This document shows, in pieces, positions 1 through 11,390 of a stretch of DNA of 64,000 bases; positions within the stretch are counted from its first letter, which is position 1; each line of letters begins with the position of its first letter. Source of the stretch: Haplodiscus bocki. Lineage: Eukaryota. The DNA is taken from assembly GCA_965655095.1 (NCBI GenBank), contig OZ296650.1:134230001-134294000 (forward strand), read 5' to 3'. A model generated the notes under the pieces. The model had not been told where the DNA came from. It did not search any database and saw only the letters and a list, made by a program, of their open reading frames with translations. Both the position numbers and the translations under genes were made by a program.

Positions 1-640
1 CTTATTGAAATAAAGCATTACCAGATTGCTTCCCCTGAAATAACGTTTTATGTAACTTAGATTCAACTTCATTTGTTGAAGTCAAGAAACTGCCGATTGT
101 TTTATTTCTCTTGAATTGCTATCATTGTCTGTGCACTGATTTGTTTAATTTCGAAAAGGTTTTCTTTCGTGTTAGAGTGGTTTTCACGAAAGAGAAATTT
201 TTATCCTGAATTAACACGTTTCAATTCCCTATAGTCTTTTCATTTACATTCACAGCCGTTAATGATGCGTGAAAGTTCGTTGAAAAATGTAATTGTGAGC
301 AAACATAAACGTCATTCACTGATGACTGAACTTTGAAACTGTTGACACGTGAAAAAAAGTTGAAAGAAGTCAGTTCCGCCTTTTGCGTGGCATCACGTAA
401 AGGAACATGTAACTTTTTTCAATAGAAAACTAGCAAGAAGTTTTTTATCAAACCTTTTAATGTATACTAGCGATTCTCACTGTGACGTGGAAATTTACTG
501 AAGTTGTATTTGATCATGTTGAACTTCATCTTCCTTGTTTTAATTTTTGAGAGTAATTAGTTCTGCGTCCTGAATAGGTTGACGAAATGTCACTGTGTAA
601 ACCGCGTTGTATAAGATGATGCTTGAAAAGATTGTTCCAG

Positions 641-1654
641 ATGATGACCACCCGTGTAAATACGGCCCAAATAACTGCTCCCAATTTCTTGCGCAACAGT
701 GAGAACACATATATCCGAGGTGTTGTTTTGGTTTTTAAAAAATTTGATCGTCCCCTACAGTTATTTCGACCGCAAGCTGTAAAAGCTAAACGAATGAGCC
801 CTGACACAAACTACGATCGCCTAATCATCATCGGCGAAATCGAAACGCGAGAATGTTTTGCAATAATAGCAGATTCTGCGCAGAAAAGTTCACTCCTTTT
901 TGCTGACCGAAAACTAACTATTGGTGCCATCGTTGATGTGAAAGAAGCTATTTTTTCCAACTCCTGCCTTGGTAACGATCGAACTAATCCAATTTTTAAT
1001 GTGTCTCTTCCTTTAGAGGTAGTTACAGACGACCCGCCAATGGAGCCTATTCCTATCGATTTGAATCCCTCGACGAGTGCAATGTTTCACTTCTGTCTCC
1101 CAAACCGACCCCTTTCGTTTTTGCACGCAATTCCTGTGTTTCCGACTTGTTCCGGTTTTTTGTGCGACAGAAGAAATAGAAAAAACGAAAGCATTTGCGC
1201 ATGTTTGCAAAAATCGACTTTGTCAGCGTGGGTCATGTCAGCAAGGGTAATTAGTCAGGACATATTGAGCGAAGACGATGATCCTCTAACAGGGGATGTT
1301 CTGCAAAGTTTGTCATTGACCAAACTTTTTTGTGAGGAGGCTATCATTAGATCGGCATACACATCAATTGACAGGGGACTTTTGAGAGACGCTGTCATGC
1401 GTGTTGCTAACCATGTTAATAGCAATGGTGGGTGGAGAGTGTCAGGCTTCTATAAAACTGCTTTAACAGAAGAAAACATTGCGCAAAATGTTCAAAGGGT
1501 AAGAATTTGTCGAATCACTCCAGCGATTGAGATCCCTGTGCACTTGAAATACAATGTGATTCCTTGGATTGGAGACAATACAAACCAGCCACCACGCCTT
1601 CTTCACGCTAACGCAAATTTGCCAGCAACTAACAATGTAAACAACATGAGATGA
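641..1654 (+). CDS. Element accessory protein, ~337 aa, probable OB-fold/Zn ssDNA-binding (RPA-like) protein; intact
   Basis: ORF 623..1654; the first ATG is at 641, directly after a ttccag acceptor-like site. Homologous to the ORFs at 17585, 22088, 35329 and 49939. Beta-rich N-terminal half (IRGVVLV, YDRLIIIG, LTIGAIVDV) and a CSGxxCDRR..CAC Cys cluster. The coding call is strong; the OB-fold call is inference. Confidence 0.75.
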   Translation: MMTTRVNTAQITAPNFLRNSENTYIRGVVLVFKKFDRPLQLFRPQAVKAKRMSPDTNYDRLIIIGEIETRECFAIIADSAQKSSLLFADRKLTIGAIVDVKEAIFSNSCLGNDRTNPIFNVSLPLEVVTDDPPMEPIPIDLNPSTSAMFHFCLPNRPLSFLHAIPVFPTCSGFLCDRRNRKNESICACLQKSTLSAWVMSARVISQDILSEDDDPLTGDVLQSLSLTKLFCEEAIIRSAYTSIDRGLLRDAVMRVANHVNSNGGWRVSGFYKTALTEENIAQNVQRVRICRITPAIEIPVHLKYNVIPWIGDNTNQPPRLLHANANLPATNNVNNMR

Positions 1655-2419
1655 ACGATTAATTGAAGCAACAAAACTCAAAGAAATGTTATGTCAATCA
1701 CTGTTGTGACATTTTTTACTACAGCTAAAAATTACCTATAGAATCAAGAGAGGTATTACAGACAAGTAAAACAATGTGCCAGTAATCATTTAGCAAACTA
1801 CCGAATGTTGCTTCCATGCAACATCGACTGTTACAAGGCATTCGACCGTAAGGTGTTTGCCCAAAATTAGGAGTTCATTTGGCGTTAAAGAAAATGAGAG
1901 TTGTCGTAAAGTGGATTTATTTTACGTGCATCAAAATGAACTGTCAATTGTTGCTACCATTCATTTGCAGTTAAATTGAGAGTTTACTTTGTTTCACTGG
2001 ACATTTTTATTTATCACAGTTTAAATTGTTTTCTGTAGTTGGTACATATAATGTTCATTAAAAATTAAATGGATCATCTAGAGAAACGTTTGTGTGCAGC
2101 TCCTTACAACTAATTACCTCAAACCTAATCCGTTGTCCACTGAGACAAAAAAGTTGCTACAGTTATGTAACTATAACATAATTTTCGCAAATTATTTTAC
2201 AAATAATTCGGCATTGGAAGAAAAAAAAGATAAGATTTTTTCAAAAATAAATTGGCCCAGAATAAAACTTGTGTCACCAACAGTTTGCCAGCCCAGTAGT
2301 TTACTACGAAATTTCAGCAAAGCTTGATTGCCGCCCCTTCAAAAAGTTGACGGATTTCAGATAGATCAATTAGAAAAACTGACTTTTTTAGCAGGTTTTT
2401 CTTTTTTCTTCGACAAAAA

Positions 2420-2927
2420 ATCGTCATAACCGTCATTATTTTCGGCAATTTGGCCAAAACATTTTTTCGCTGCAAAATTATTTTTCTTTTGATACAGGTC
2501 CCGTCACGTTGTGACGAATGCTCACATCACTTTTTTAACATCAACCTGGGAGAAATGACAAAATGCTCGATTTTGGCCTCTTTTTGACAAATTTGAAAGG
2601 TCATATCTCCTAGGGCAAAAGGCCCTGGCCAAAAATTTTTGGCATGTAGGTAGTTAACAGCAAATGTGCTTCACACAAAAAATTTGGGTCCAATGCTATG
2701 GGTAAAGTGTGGAGATATTGCGGGAAAAACATCGAAACCTGCCAAAAAACAGGATCATTGCGTCATATCTCCCCAACCAAAAGAAAAAAAATGATGTAAG
2801 TGCCAAAAATCTTCATACATCGGCGGACTCTATCCACATGCAAAGTTTCATCAAAATCGTATGGTTAGGTTTCGAGATCGTCTCCTTTTCGGCGGGTTGA
2901 GTGTAAGTGTAAACTTGATTTTTGAAA
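2420..2927 (+). repeat. Subterminal module of unit 0 (degenerate ~162-bp repeats, CGTCA-rich)
   Basis: Nearly identical to 19345-19855. Shares blocks (cgtcataaccgtcatt, gcttcacac, tgtggagat, gatcatt(g/c)cgtcata) with 34240-34681, 47575-48124 and 60915-61450. GTCATATCTC occurs at 2600 and 2762. Confidence 0.75.
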
Positions 2928-3025
2928 CTCGGCACAGGGGCCCCTCCCCCGCCTCGTAACAGTTTTGTGTCGCTAAAAAGCTTGACCACCCAGTGGAGGC
3001 AACGGTGAAATTTACTAGATGGCGG
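2928..3025 (+). other. Inter-element junction motif J1 (CTCGGC, GC hairpin, GCCTCG, then core TGACCACCCAGTGGAGGC, N14, CTAG)
   Basis: Core at 2983-3000 and CTAG at 3015-3018. The same architecture recurs at 19912, 48175, 61505, 62561 and 63615. Confidence 0.85.
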
Positions 3026-4149
3026 GTTTTTTTGCTTTCAATTTTTTTCCGGTATCAATTCTGGTGATTGGTTCGAAGTTCTAAATTTTTGTTTATATAA
3101 TTGAAAACTGTTGTTTGTTCTTTTTTTACGATACTTTTCTCCAGGCTGAAGATTAACTCGCACAGTGCAGATGCAACTGATACGCACAGAGTTCATCTCA
3201 CACCGTAAATGTGGGGTTGTTCCTCAAAACCTAGTAAATTTCCTGTTTTTTTAAAGTTCATGACAGCAGCAATGAAGTATGGCAAACGTACTTTCCGGTC
3301 GATTTTTTCCCGAAGTCAGCTCAGAACAGTAAAGTAACAATTTTTCCACTTTATCAGCTGCTGAATTAAAATATAACTCCACAGACCTACCCGTTACCGG
3401 CTTCCATAACAATGGAAGTTTTCAGTTCTGTTCCGTTCCATTTCTTGAATCCACTTTTTTCAAAGAAATCTTTTGGTTGCGTAATGAGTCATGTACTTGA
3501 AGCATTTCTTGCTGGTTCTCGTTGCCTTCTTTTGTGCTTCAGAGGAACAATATAGGTGTTGTGTGCTATTTCACATCAGTTGATTTTTTCAAAAAATGAA
3601 AATGTACAGTTAGGTGTTCTGTACTAGACAAATTTATGAAAAAGAAGTTCTGCGCCATGACATTTCATCCACTATGTAACAATATTGTTCATGCGTCGTC
3701 CAAAACATATATAGAATGCTGGATGCTTCCGGAAAATAAAAACATGAGAAAAAGTTACTGGTCATAATCATCATTGAATTGAGACAGTTGTGTTCATAAA
3801 ATAATCGTCAACCATAAATTATGACAAGATGAAGGCCAATTTGATGGCGGATCAGTACTGATGTCGATTAAATATCTGCCTTCCATTTATGAAGTCGTGA
3901 AAGCAGTACTTCGATTCTCTACATTTTGAGCTTTCGTCAACATGAAATGTGGTTAGTGGAAGCAACTTTAACAATATGTGGAGGTAACGTGTAGAGTTAA
4001 AACGATGCTTCTCTACTGTTGATGTCGGTTTTGAGTGTTTCCGATTTTGAAGATTTTACTGCTCTACAGACCGTTCAAAAATTGTTTGCGTTTCACAAAT
4101 TCTTATATCTGAGTTTTTCGGAAGAATATATCTGGTTGGTTTTGAAGCC

Positions 4150-5330
4150 TACTTATCGGAGTTTTGAACTTCTTTCAAAATAAGTTTTGATTTTTCTGTG
4201 AAAAAATGCTTCTCGTTGTCAAAATAAAATATCCGCCGTTGAGCGAAATATGGCAACGTGTTATTCCTCTGAACTCATGCCGAAGTTAGTTTTTGGATAA
4301 AGTGTTTTGATATGGAATCATTATTTCTTTAGCGTCAACTCGACATTGCCAATTTCCCATCCCTCATTTGAACCCTCTGAAATAGATACTTTTCTCATGT
4401 CATTCGATCGTTTGAACTTTTCATATTGTGAATCGTGACTCACTGAAGTCTCAACTGACTATGGTCAACATCGTATGGCTTCTGTCGACAAATTGAGCCA
4501 ATTGTTTTGGGTAATTTTTTTAAATGACGTTTTCGTACACGAAGAATGCTGGATATTGTTTGTAACAATCGTTGCCTGAGTACTAGGTGTTCTTCCACAA
4601 TTTCTGAATTGCAAAGGGGAACTCCGCTGTTATCATCGTACATGAATTGCTAATGTTACTCATGAAGCATGAGAAACGTAAGAAAAATTGAAAAGTGTAC
4701 AACATAATCGTAACTTTAAATTTATACCGATGGATCCCAAAGATGATTGGCATTGAACGAACAGGGTCAACGGGCTCCTCAAATTTGAGCATGTTAATGG
4801 TTTTGCTACGGAGGAGAAATTGTTTTCATTAATTTTTTACCCATCTACCGCCTAAAAGCTACAGAGTGTTAACGTGCATGTTCGCAGAACTACATTACCT
4901 ATAGGTTTCTGACAAACTTGTTATTGTGTGCGCTATTTCATCGTGTTTTTGCTGGCATTGAAAGTTCTTCATGTTTGTGTTTCCTGTGAGGTTCGTTTCA
5001 TTTTCTATGTGAACAAACCAATCAATCGTTTTTACCATTGTTGGAACGAAATTCAAGATCGAATAACCATAATTCATATCATATTTTCAATAGTTTTGAC
5101 CGCAAAAAATTGCCTTCTCCGACGACATTGTTTGGATTCGGACGCGCTTTGTGCAGATATTACCGAAAAAGCTGCGGAAAATACTTATTGATGAAAAGTA
5201 CTGCCTCAACATTTATAGCAAACTGTGTGTTATCTTTGGCATGGAAGTACCACGCATCTGACTGTGGATCAACTTTGGGACGCACTTATCAGAAAACGAT
5301 TTCTCTTTGACGGCAATTTCAATAACTTTC
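4150..5330 (-). pseudogene. Possible decayed spliced gene, divergent from RepHel A; product unknown
   Basis: Chain of short minus-strand ORFs (4895..5077, 4583..4792, 4440..4643) near donor-like (gtaatg, gtgagt) and acceptor-like (ttttag, tttcag) sites, with stop-interrupted protein-like frames. No recognisable motif. Confidence 0.25.
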
Positions 5331-6765
5331 GGTAAATACTGAATGTTTACATTCTTCAGTTGTTCAAATGAAACTTTGACAAGGTTTAATTGTTAACATG
5401 TTTTTTTGCGGGGGAAAAAGACGGCCTCTTGCTGTTTCTTGTTTCAAACTTTCAAAAATCCCATCTGTTTTGTACAATAATCAATTTGAATGTTTTATTT
5501 TTAGCATATACATAATCGCTGTCGACATTATTGACTGATATTTTATTGATCAACCGCTGCTCTGAGCAATTGTTTTCTCAACTAAATCACCCGGTTTTTT
5601 CAGATTTCATAATTTCCTTATAATGCAATGATTTTGGAAGCCAAGATTTCCCCAAGAGAAAAACAAGATGGTGAGAATCTTTCAAACATAGTTCTCTAAT
5701 TTGTTAGGCTTTCCGGTTTTCTACATGATGACGTTTTTTTGTGGTATCATTTTTCACGTCATGTCAGACTTCAGTCATAAACAAAAGGGCATAATTTCAG
5801 TTTGCCTGAATTAGTAGTAAGATCTCAGAAAAACTTTATTTTTTCTCCATTTCTTGCCTCCACATTTTTCATGATTACTCTTTTCGTGTTAACTTGCAGC
5901 CCTGCTAAAGTGCACACTTTTCCGAAACACCTTTGGAAATTCGTATGAGTTCGCTCAACACTCATGCGTTCTCAGTTGGTTTTTCCAACTGAACCTTGTT
6001 GGCTTCTAAGAACAATTGTGATGTGCATTGTAGTCTCTTTCACTGAGGATTGGGGAAAAAACTTTCGAATTCAACGAACTCGCCGTGTACACTACTAATT
6101 GACGGGAGTCCGTAACATCGGGATGCGTTCCACTTGTATGGGTGAACGGAAAATAAATTCTTATATACGATTTTCAAACAACACAAGATTCGCAATTAAC
6201 ACTCATTACATCGCCGCCTCTACGAGTAAATACCTGTTTGTTTTCTTTCTCTGATGAATGCCTTGGTTTTGCTTCGTTAACTGCGCAAAACCAAGGCCCA
6301 CATTGCATATATTTTTCTGGATACTGCTTTTTTCGAATTCATTAGATGCTACCGTTAATTGAACAGTTTGAAAGTTTTGTACGTTGGTCCTATAGTGGCG
6401 CCCACTCTTTACAATGTATTCACTATTGAAGATGAGTTATTGATAAACTTTTGCGCGAAGTTTCTTGTGAAAGAGTAATGCCATCTGGCAAGAATGATTT
6501 GAAAAGACGTCGCTGTGCAAAATGTGGACGCTTCAGTGAACGTAATCACTCCTGTCCAAATAACACCGACAATGTTTCTTCAACTAGCGAACCATTAGGA
6601 ATTTTGTACAGTATACCTGACAGTAATTTGCTGGTCTCCTCTGTTGATGCCCTGCACTTAGAATCAACGTTGGAAGCGATGGGACTATCCTGTTCCCCAA
6701 CAAGCGGCATAATTGGGAATAAAACTAACATTCGCCTCAGTTCTGTTCAACCCTCGCACAGTCTT

Positions 6766-7175
6766 TCTATAACGGGTGATGGTAATTGTCTTTTCACTGC
6801 CCTGGGCGTTGCCCTCGGTTTTTCTCATGAAAGTGGTCATGATTTGAGGAAACTTATTGTGAGTAACATGGACTCGGTGACTTTTCCGGAAAACAGTTTG
6901 CAAACCTCAATCTATTCCGCTGAGTTCCCCAACCAGAACAAACTTCTCACGAGCCCAACTGTCAACCACTACCTGCAGACATCGCGAATGGCAGAAAATG
7001 GAGTTTTTGGCACTTGTGTGGAAATTTATACCTTTTGTCAAATTTTTAATTTGGACGTTTATGTATACCACAATATTTTGAAAAGTTGGTTCGTTTACAA
7101 ATGCGACTGCTCAAATGACAGACAAGGAGTTTTCATTCAACAAACGCGAACTGGAGATCACTTTGAGGTAATTAG
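6766..7175 (+). other. OTU-like cysteine protease domain
   Basis: ITGDGNCLFTAL (catalytic Cys box), FGTCVEIY and GDHFEVI (His box). The same motifs occur in C, D and E. Confidence 0.85.
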
Positions 7176-10100
7176 TGGCTTGACCGAAACATGCCACACT
7201 TCATTACTCCTATCAGAAGATTTAGCTGGTTCGAGTAGTCAATGTGGAAATTCAGCAATGAATACTGACTGCCACGTAATCCAGACAGCACTTGAAGCAC
7301 TTGATGAAACTGAGCCCTTGCAGAAGCGCAGACGGACTTCAGATTATCCAGTCGGCACACATTTGATCGACATTGGAGAAACTAATACAGCTGTGACATC
7401 TTTTTGTTTGGCGGAAGCTCTTTGTGGTGCAGAAAATACTACAACGCAAAATGGAGGCCGTCCTCCAACTGCTGTGGAACATCGACAACATCAATTTCAC
7501 AGATTGCCTGGAGGTGAGTTGACTGATGAGATTTTCCTGAAATTAACTGAAAACTTTGTACCACCACCGAAATCGACTGAAGAATCAACCGTTGAAATCG
7601 AGTCAAAATTGGTTGTGACAGATACTGTCGATGCTGCCAACATTTGTTGCAAGTGCATGCGTCAAGCCACGGTATATTTTCCGTTCGACATTAAGGCCTA
7701 CAGCAAAGTTGGATTGGTTAATAGAAAGTTCGGCAAAAAGCTGAAAAACGAAAATGTACATCTGTGTTGTTTCTGTTATAACTATTGTACTGCACCAAAG
7801 GTTAACTGGCAAATGGCTTGGCCAGCTGTTTTTTTCACGCTCCTTTCTGATACTTCCAGACCCGAAGCTTCTTTAGTCGCTATTTGCTCGCTGTTACCCC
7901 TGGAAATAAGGCAACATTGGCTAGGGGTAATTACCCTTTTCCCTATCTGCATCCAGCGTGTTTTAAATCGGCCGCGTATTCTTGGCACTTGTACTGTTGA
8001 TGGAACACAGAGATTGAAACGTTTCGAGCAACTAATGAGAACAATGAGACAAAAAGAAATGGCTGAAGCTTTGGACTTGGAACCGTATCCAAACATACGT
8101 TGCCCTTCTGGTTGTTGGACGTTTATCGAAGATCCTGGGTACATACCAGCGCAGCATTTTATAAACTTGATCGACAGAACTTTCACATCATTCCAAGCGT
8201 CTGCATTCAAAAAACTCAGAGGCGCCAGACTCGACTTTTTGCGCCCTTTGATGTGTTTAAAAACGTTTCTAGTGGCTGCCACAGTGCGGTTACATGAGAA
8301 AGAAGGTTTGGTTGTGCAAACTTGTTGTGCGCATGACAGGGGATGTGCGTTACAGTTCTTGCATCCCCCCAGGCATCCGGAGCTGGGACGAATTCCAACT
8401 TTGTTTGAGGAACGATTAGCCATTGCATCACCTTCATTGTCGTTTGTGAGTAGCTTAAAGGCTAATTATGCTAGCCACAACTATCAACTGTTTCGGAGCG
8501 TTGGGTCTTATAGTGGTATGAGTACTGTTTCATTGAGACGTAAACGGCGTTGGAACATCACTAGCAACCGTTTGTTCCAAGCTGAAGGAACTGTCATGTT
8601 TTTCAGGTCAGATATTCCCATTTTAATTAGACAATGGGTTGTTGAAGGTAAATTGATTGAAGATGTCGCCACTGATCTCTCTCAATATCAGCCGGAAAAT
8701 GAAAAAATGGCGGAGCATGTCGGCGTAGATCTTGACACCTGCATTCGATTGACGAAGGTGATGGACAAAAACGAACAAGAACTTTTGAGTAATGTGAAAT
8801 TTCTTCAGTGCTACGCTTTGGCTCAACCAAACAATGAACATGGTTGCTCACCTCCTCCTCTGATCAATGATACTGGCGATACACTCTGGTTTCTTCAAGC
8901 AGCATGCTGCATATCTCCATTTTTATGTTCATCCATGGTGTCTGGCGTTAATCACGTTTTCGCAACAAATTTGTTTTCACTGTTGCGTCATACATTTGCT
9001 GGGTTTGGAAAAGAAAGCAAGTTGCAGCGTACTTCACAAGCTCAAGCTGACATTGACAGTATATTGAATAACGCGGCGAATAACAATGACAAGCCAAACA
9101 TGATTTCAAACTTTTTTCAGGAGGGTGGCGTGGTGTTGCACGCATTATGTGCTGACTTATGCCATCTGCAGTTGAGCCAAAGAAAAGAATTAACTGAGAA
9201 AATTCTGCGCGACGTAACCGTGGATACGAAACACGTGATCGCTACAACAACTGATGTAAACAATCTGAGGAACAAGGTCAACCCACCTCTCAACGTCGTC
9301 CTATTTGATGTCCCATTTGAGCTTGTGGGATGTGGTTGTGGTTCTCGGGGTACAGATGCTGTAATTTTGCTTCGGCACGGTGGTCGCTTCTGCAATTTTT
9401 GGCGTATAGTGAAAGCTAACAAGTTTGCTGAACCTTTGTTGGACTCACCTGAGACCTTACTAGAAAAAATTCTACGAGGCTACTGGACTTTTTTAATCTA
9501 CCGAGGAACTAACTCTAAAAAGGTGTCGACTGTAAAGTGGCACTATCTTAGTAATTTAACCGGTCAAGGAATTTTCATTTGTGACAAACATGATGTTCCG
9601 TTAACGAGGGACTTCCGACGTAGCAACTACTTCTGTCGATGTGGAAGGTCATCATTCCTCAGATGTGCCTACTCAAAATGCAACAGTTGTGTGTGTAAGA
9701 AACACTTCGACGAGGGAATGAAACATCCAAACTTACGAGTTTTAGTTCGACCTACAGCAGAACAAAAATTAACGCCTGAAAAACCGACCGCTGAAGCTGC
9801 AATCATTGCTACACAGTGTGAACTGAATTCCAACTTAGGTAGTTTATGTGAGCAGGACAAAAGCGTTGTTGAACCAGATCTATCCATCAACTGTTCCAGT
9901 CAAAACTCAAGTTCATCATCAATAGCTTCTTTTTTGTGCAACAACATGAACGCAAACTCGATCAGCGAAAGTGAATTGGCGATGAATAAATTGAACGTGT
10001 GTTCCGGTGAAAGGGCCATTGTTGCTGTACAAGAGGCTTTCAGAGAAGAAGACTACAATATTCCTCTCCACATACTGTTGAATTCTCGATGCAACTTACT

Positions 10101-10584
10101 GTACAGGAAAAAAAGTCATCCCATTTCCCTGACCGTTAAGGAGAAACGTTTCATGGAAAACATTACAGCTTCTTCAACATCATCAACGCCTTTGCTTCAA
10201 CCGGAAGGGCTGCTTTTTCCTTCTATTTTCTGGTGCCAAAGTTCCGATGGCAGCATTGAAGGAGCAATTCCAATATCCCTTTTCCAATCCGAGAAATACA
10301 ACAAACAAGTGGGGTTTGCAGGGTTAGAGAACATGCTACGAACTCGCATCACTGATGGGTCGCTTTTAACCTCCAGTCACACATCATATCTTCAGTTCGT
10401 TTTTGACTGTCTTTTAAACTTACAACTGAGTAAAACTGATATTCGAATTGTGTTGAACAGAGGCTGGCAAGAATTGGGCAGTACGCCTACTAATTACCAG
10501 TACTTTTCCAATGAAACGTTCAAGTTTGATTGTGCAGAATCCCGGAAAAATGTGTGCGAAGTAGCAGCACTCATTAGAGATAAA

Positions 10585-11390
10585 AACCCCACTTATTTTG
10601 TAACATACACATGTGGGCAATCTACTCACCCTGGCTTGCGGAAAATTTTTCAGGCTATTGACAAACTTTACCCGCCCGATATGACATCCAAAGAACTGAG
10701 ATTATCTGTAATACAAAGTGAATTAATGCCTATGCTTAGATGTTGGCATCGCGCCTCACAGTATGTAATGCAATGGTTGAAATGTTCGGCCGAGCAACCT
10801 TTGGGACCAATCTCTCACTTATGGATGAGATACGAGTGGCAAGACGAAACTTCGGCCTTTCCACACATCCATGCACTAGTGTGTACCGGAGAAAACAAGT
10901 TTGGTCCGGAAGTTCAATCCCGAGTCTGCTGTTCAAAAGAAACATTCATGGGCGCCTTAAGCAAATGCTGTCCAGCGTTATCGGATAGCGAACGGTTCCG
11001 GTTGGGAGAACTTTTCCAAAAATACCAACGGCACGATTGTGGCAAGGGAAAAAATAGATGTAAAAAAAACTGATTGGTTAGGAAAACCAGTGTGTAGAGT
11101 GCCCAAATATCCTGCATCAGTTGGGTTCTCTTTTAAAGAAATACAACCTAATTACTCGAAAGAAACTTGGGACTTGTTGAGAAGCATGAAATTGTCCTAT
11201 ATTGACCCTAACTCTTCAACAGACAAAGTTGAAGAAGAACTTAAAGCTGGAAAACATCACTACCCTGCTGCTTACAAGGAACACATGTCACCAACAAATG
11301 CTGCGTTGTTTGCTTTCACGGAAAGCAGTACGAACGTCCAAATTTGTGACGACGAAATGTGTTCACGATACGTTGCAAAGTATGCTGCCG
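10585..11390 (+). other. HUH (Y2) Rep domain
   Basis: Motif 1 YFVTYTC (10594), motif 2 RYEWQ...FPHIHAL (HIH at 10864-10872) and motif 3 YVAKY (11369-11383). Confidence 0.9.

Larger units (their letters stand above)
1..2990 (+). mobile_element. Right-hand part of a Helitron-like element (unit 0), same family as unit A; truncated by the window edge
   Basis: Positions 1-~2980 align by eye with ~16945-19910, covering the OB-like gene, the subterminal module and the junction motif. The right boundary is placed at the junction core and is approximate. Confidence 0.85.

Noticed and set aside
2709-2900. Small ORFs within subterminal modules and tandem units (2709, 19637, 34533, 47837, 62409, 63155)
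   Set aside because: They recur only because the DNA is repeated, and the frames are not maintained between families.
2983-3018. Canonical Helitron 3' end (hairpin plus CTRR) with a 5' TC start
   Set aside because: CTAG occurs only in J1 and J2; the other junctions have CCAG as part of a direct repeat. No TC follows, and in C, D and E the motif lies on the 5' side of RepHel. Not accepted as the proven terminus.
7782-8423. Antisense and overlapping ORFs in the track (e.g. 7782..8423, 32182..32835, 45503..46114, 49216..49626)
   Set aside because: They are shadows of the real coding strand, with no motifs and no conservation across the divergent families.
11055-11075. Programmed frameshift at the A8 run
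   Set aside because: D and E read through this point in one frame, so it is a mutation or sequencing error rather than recoding.
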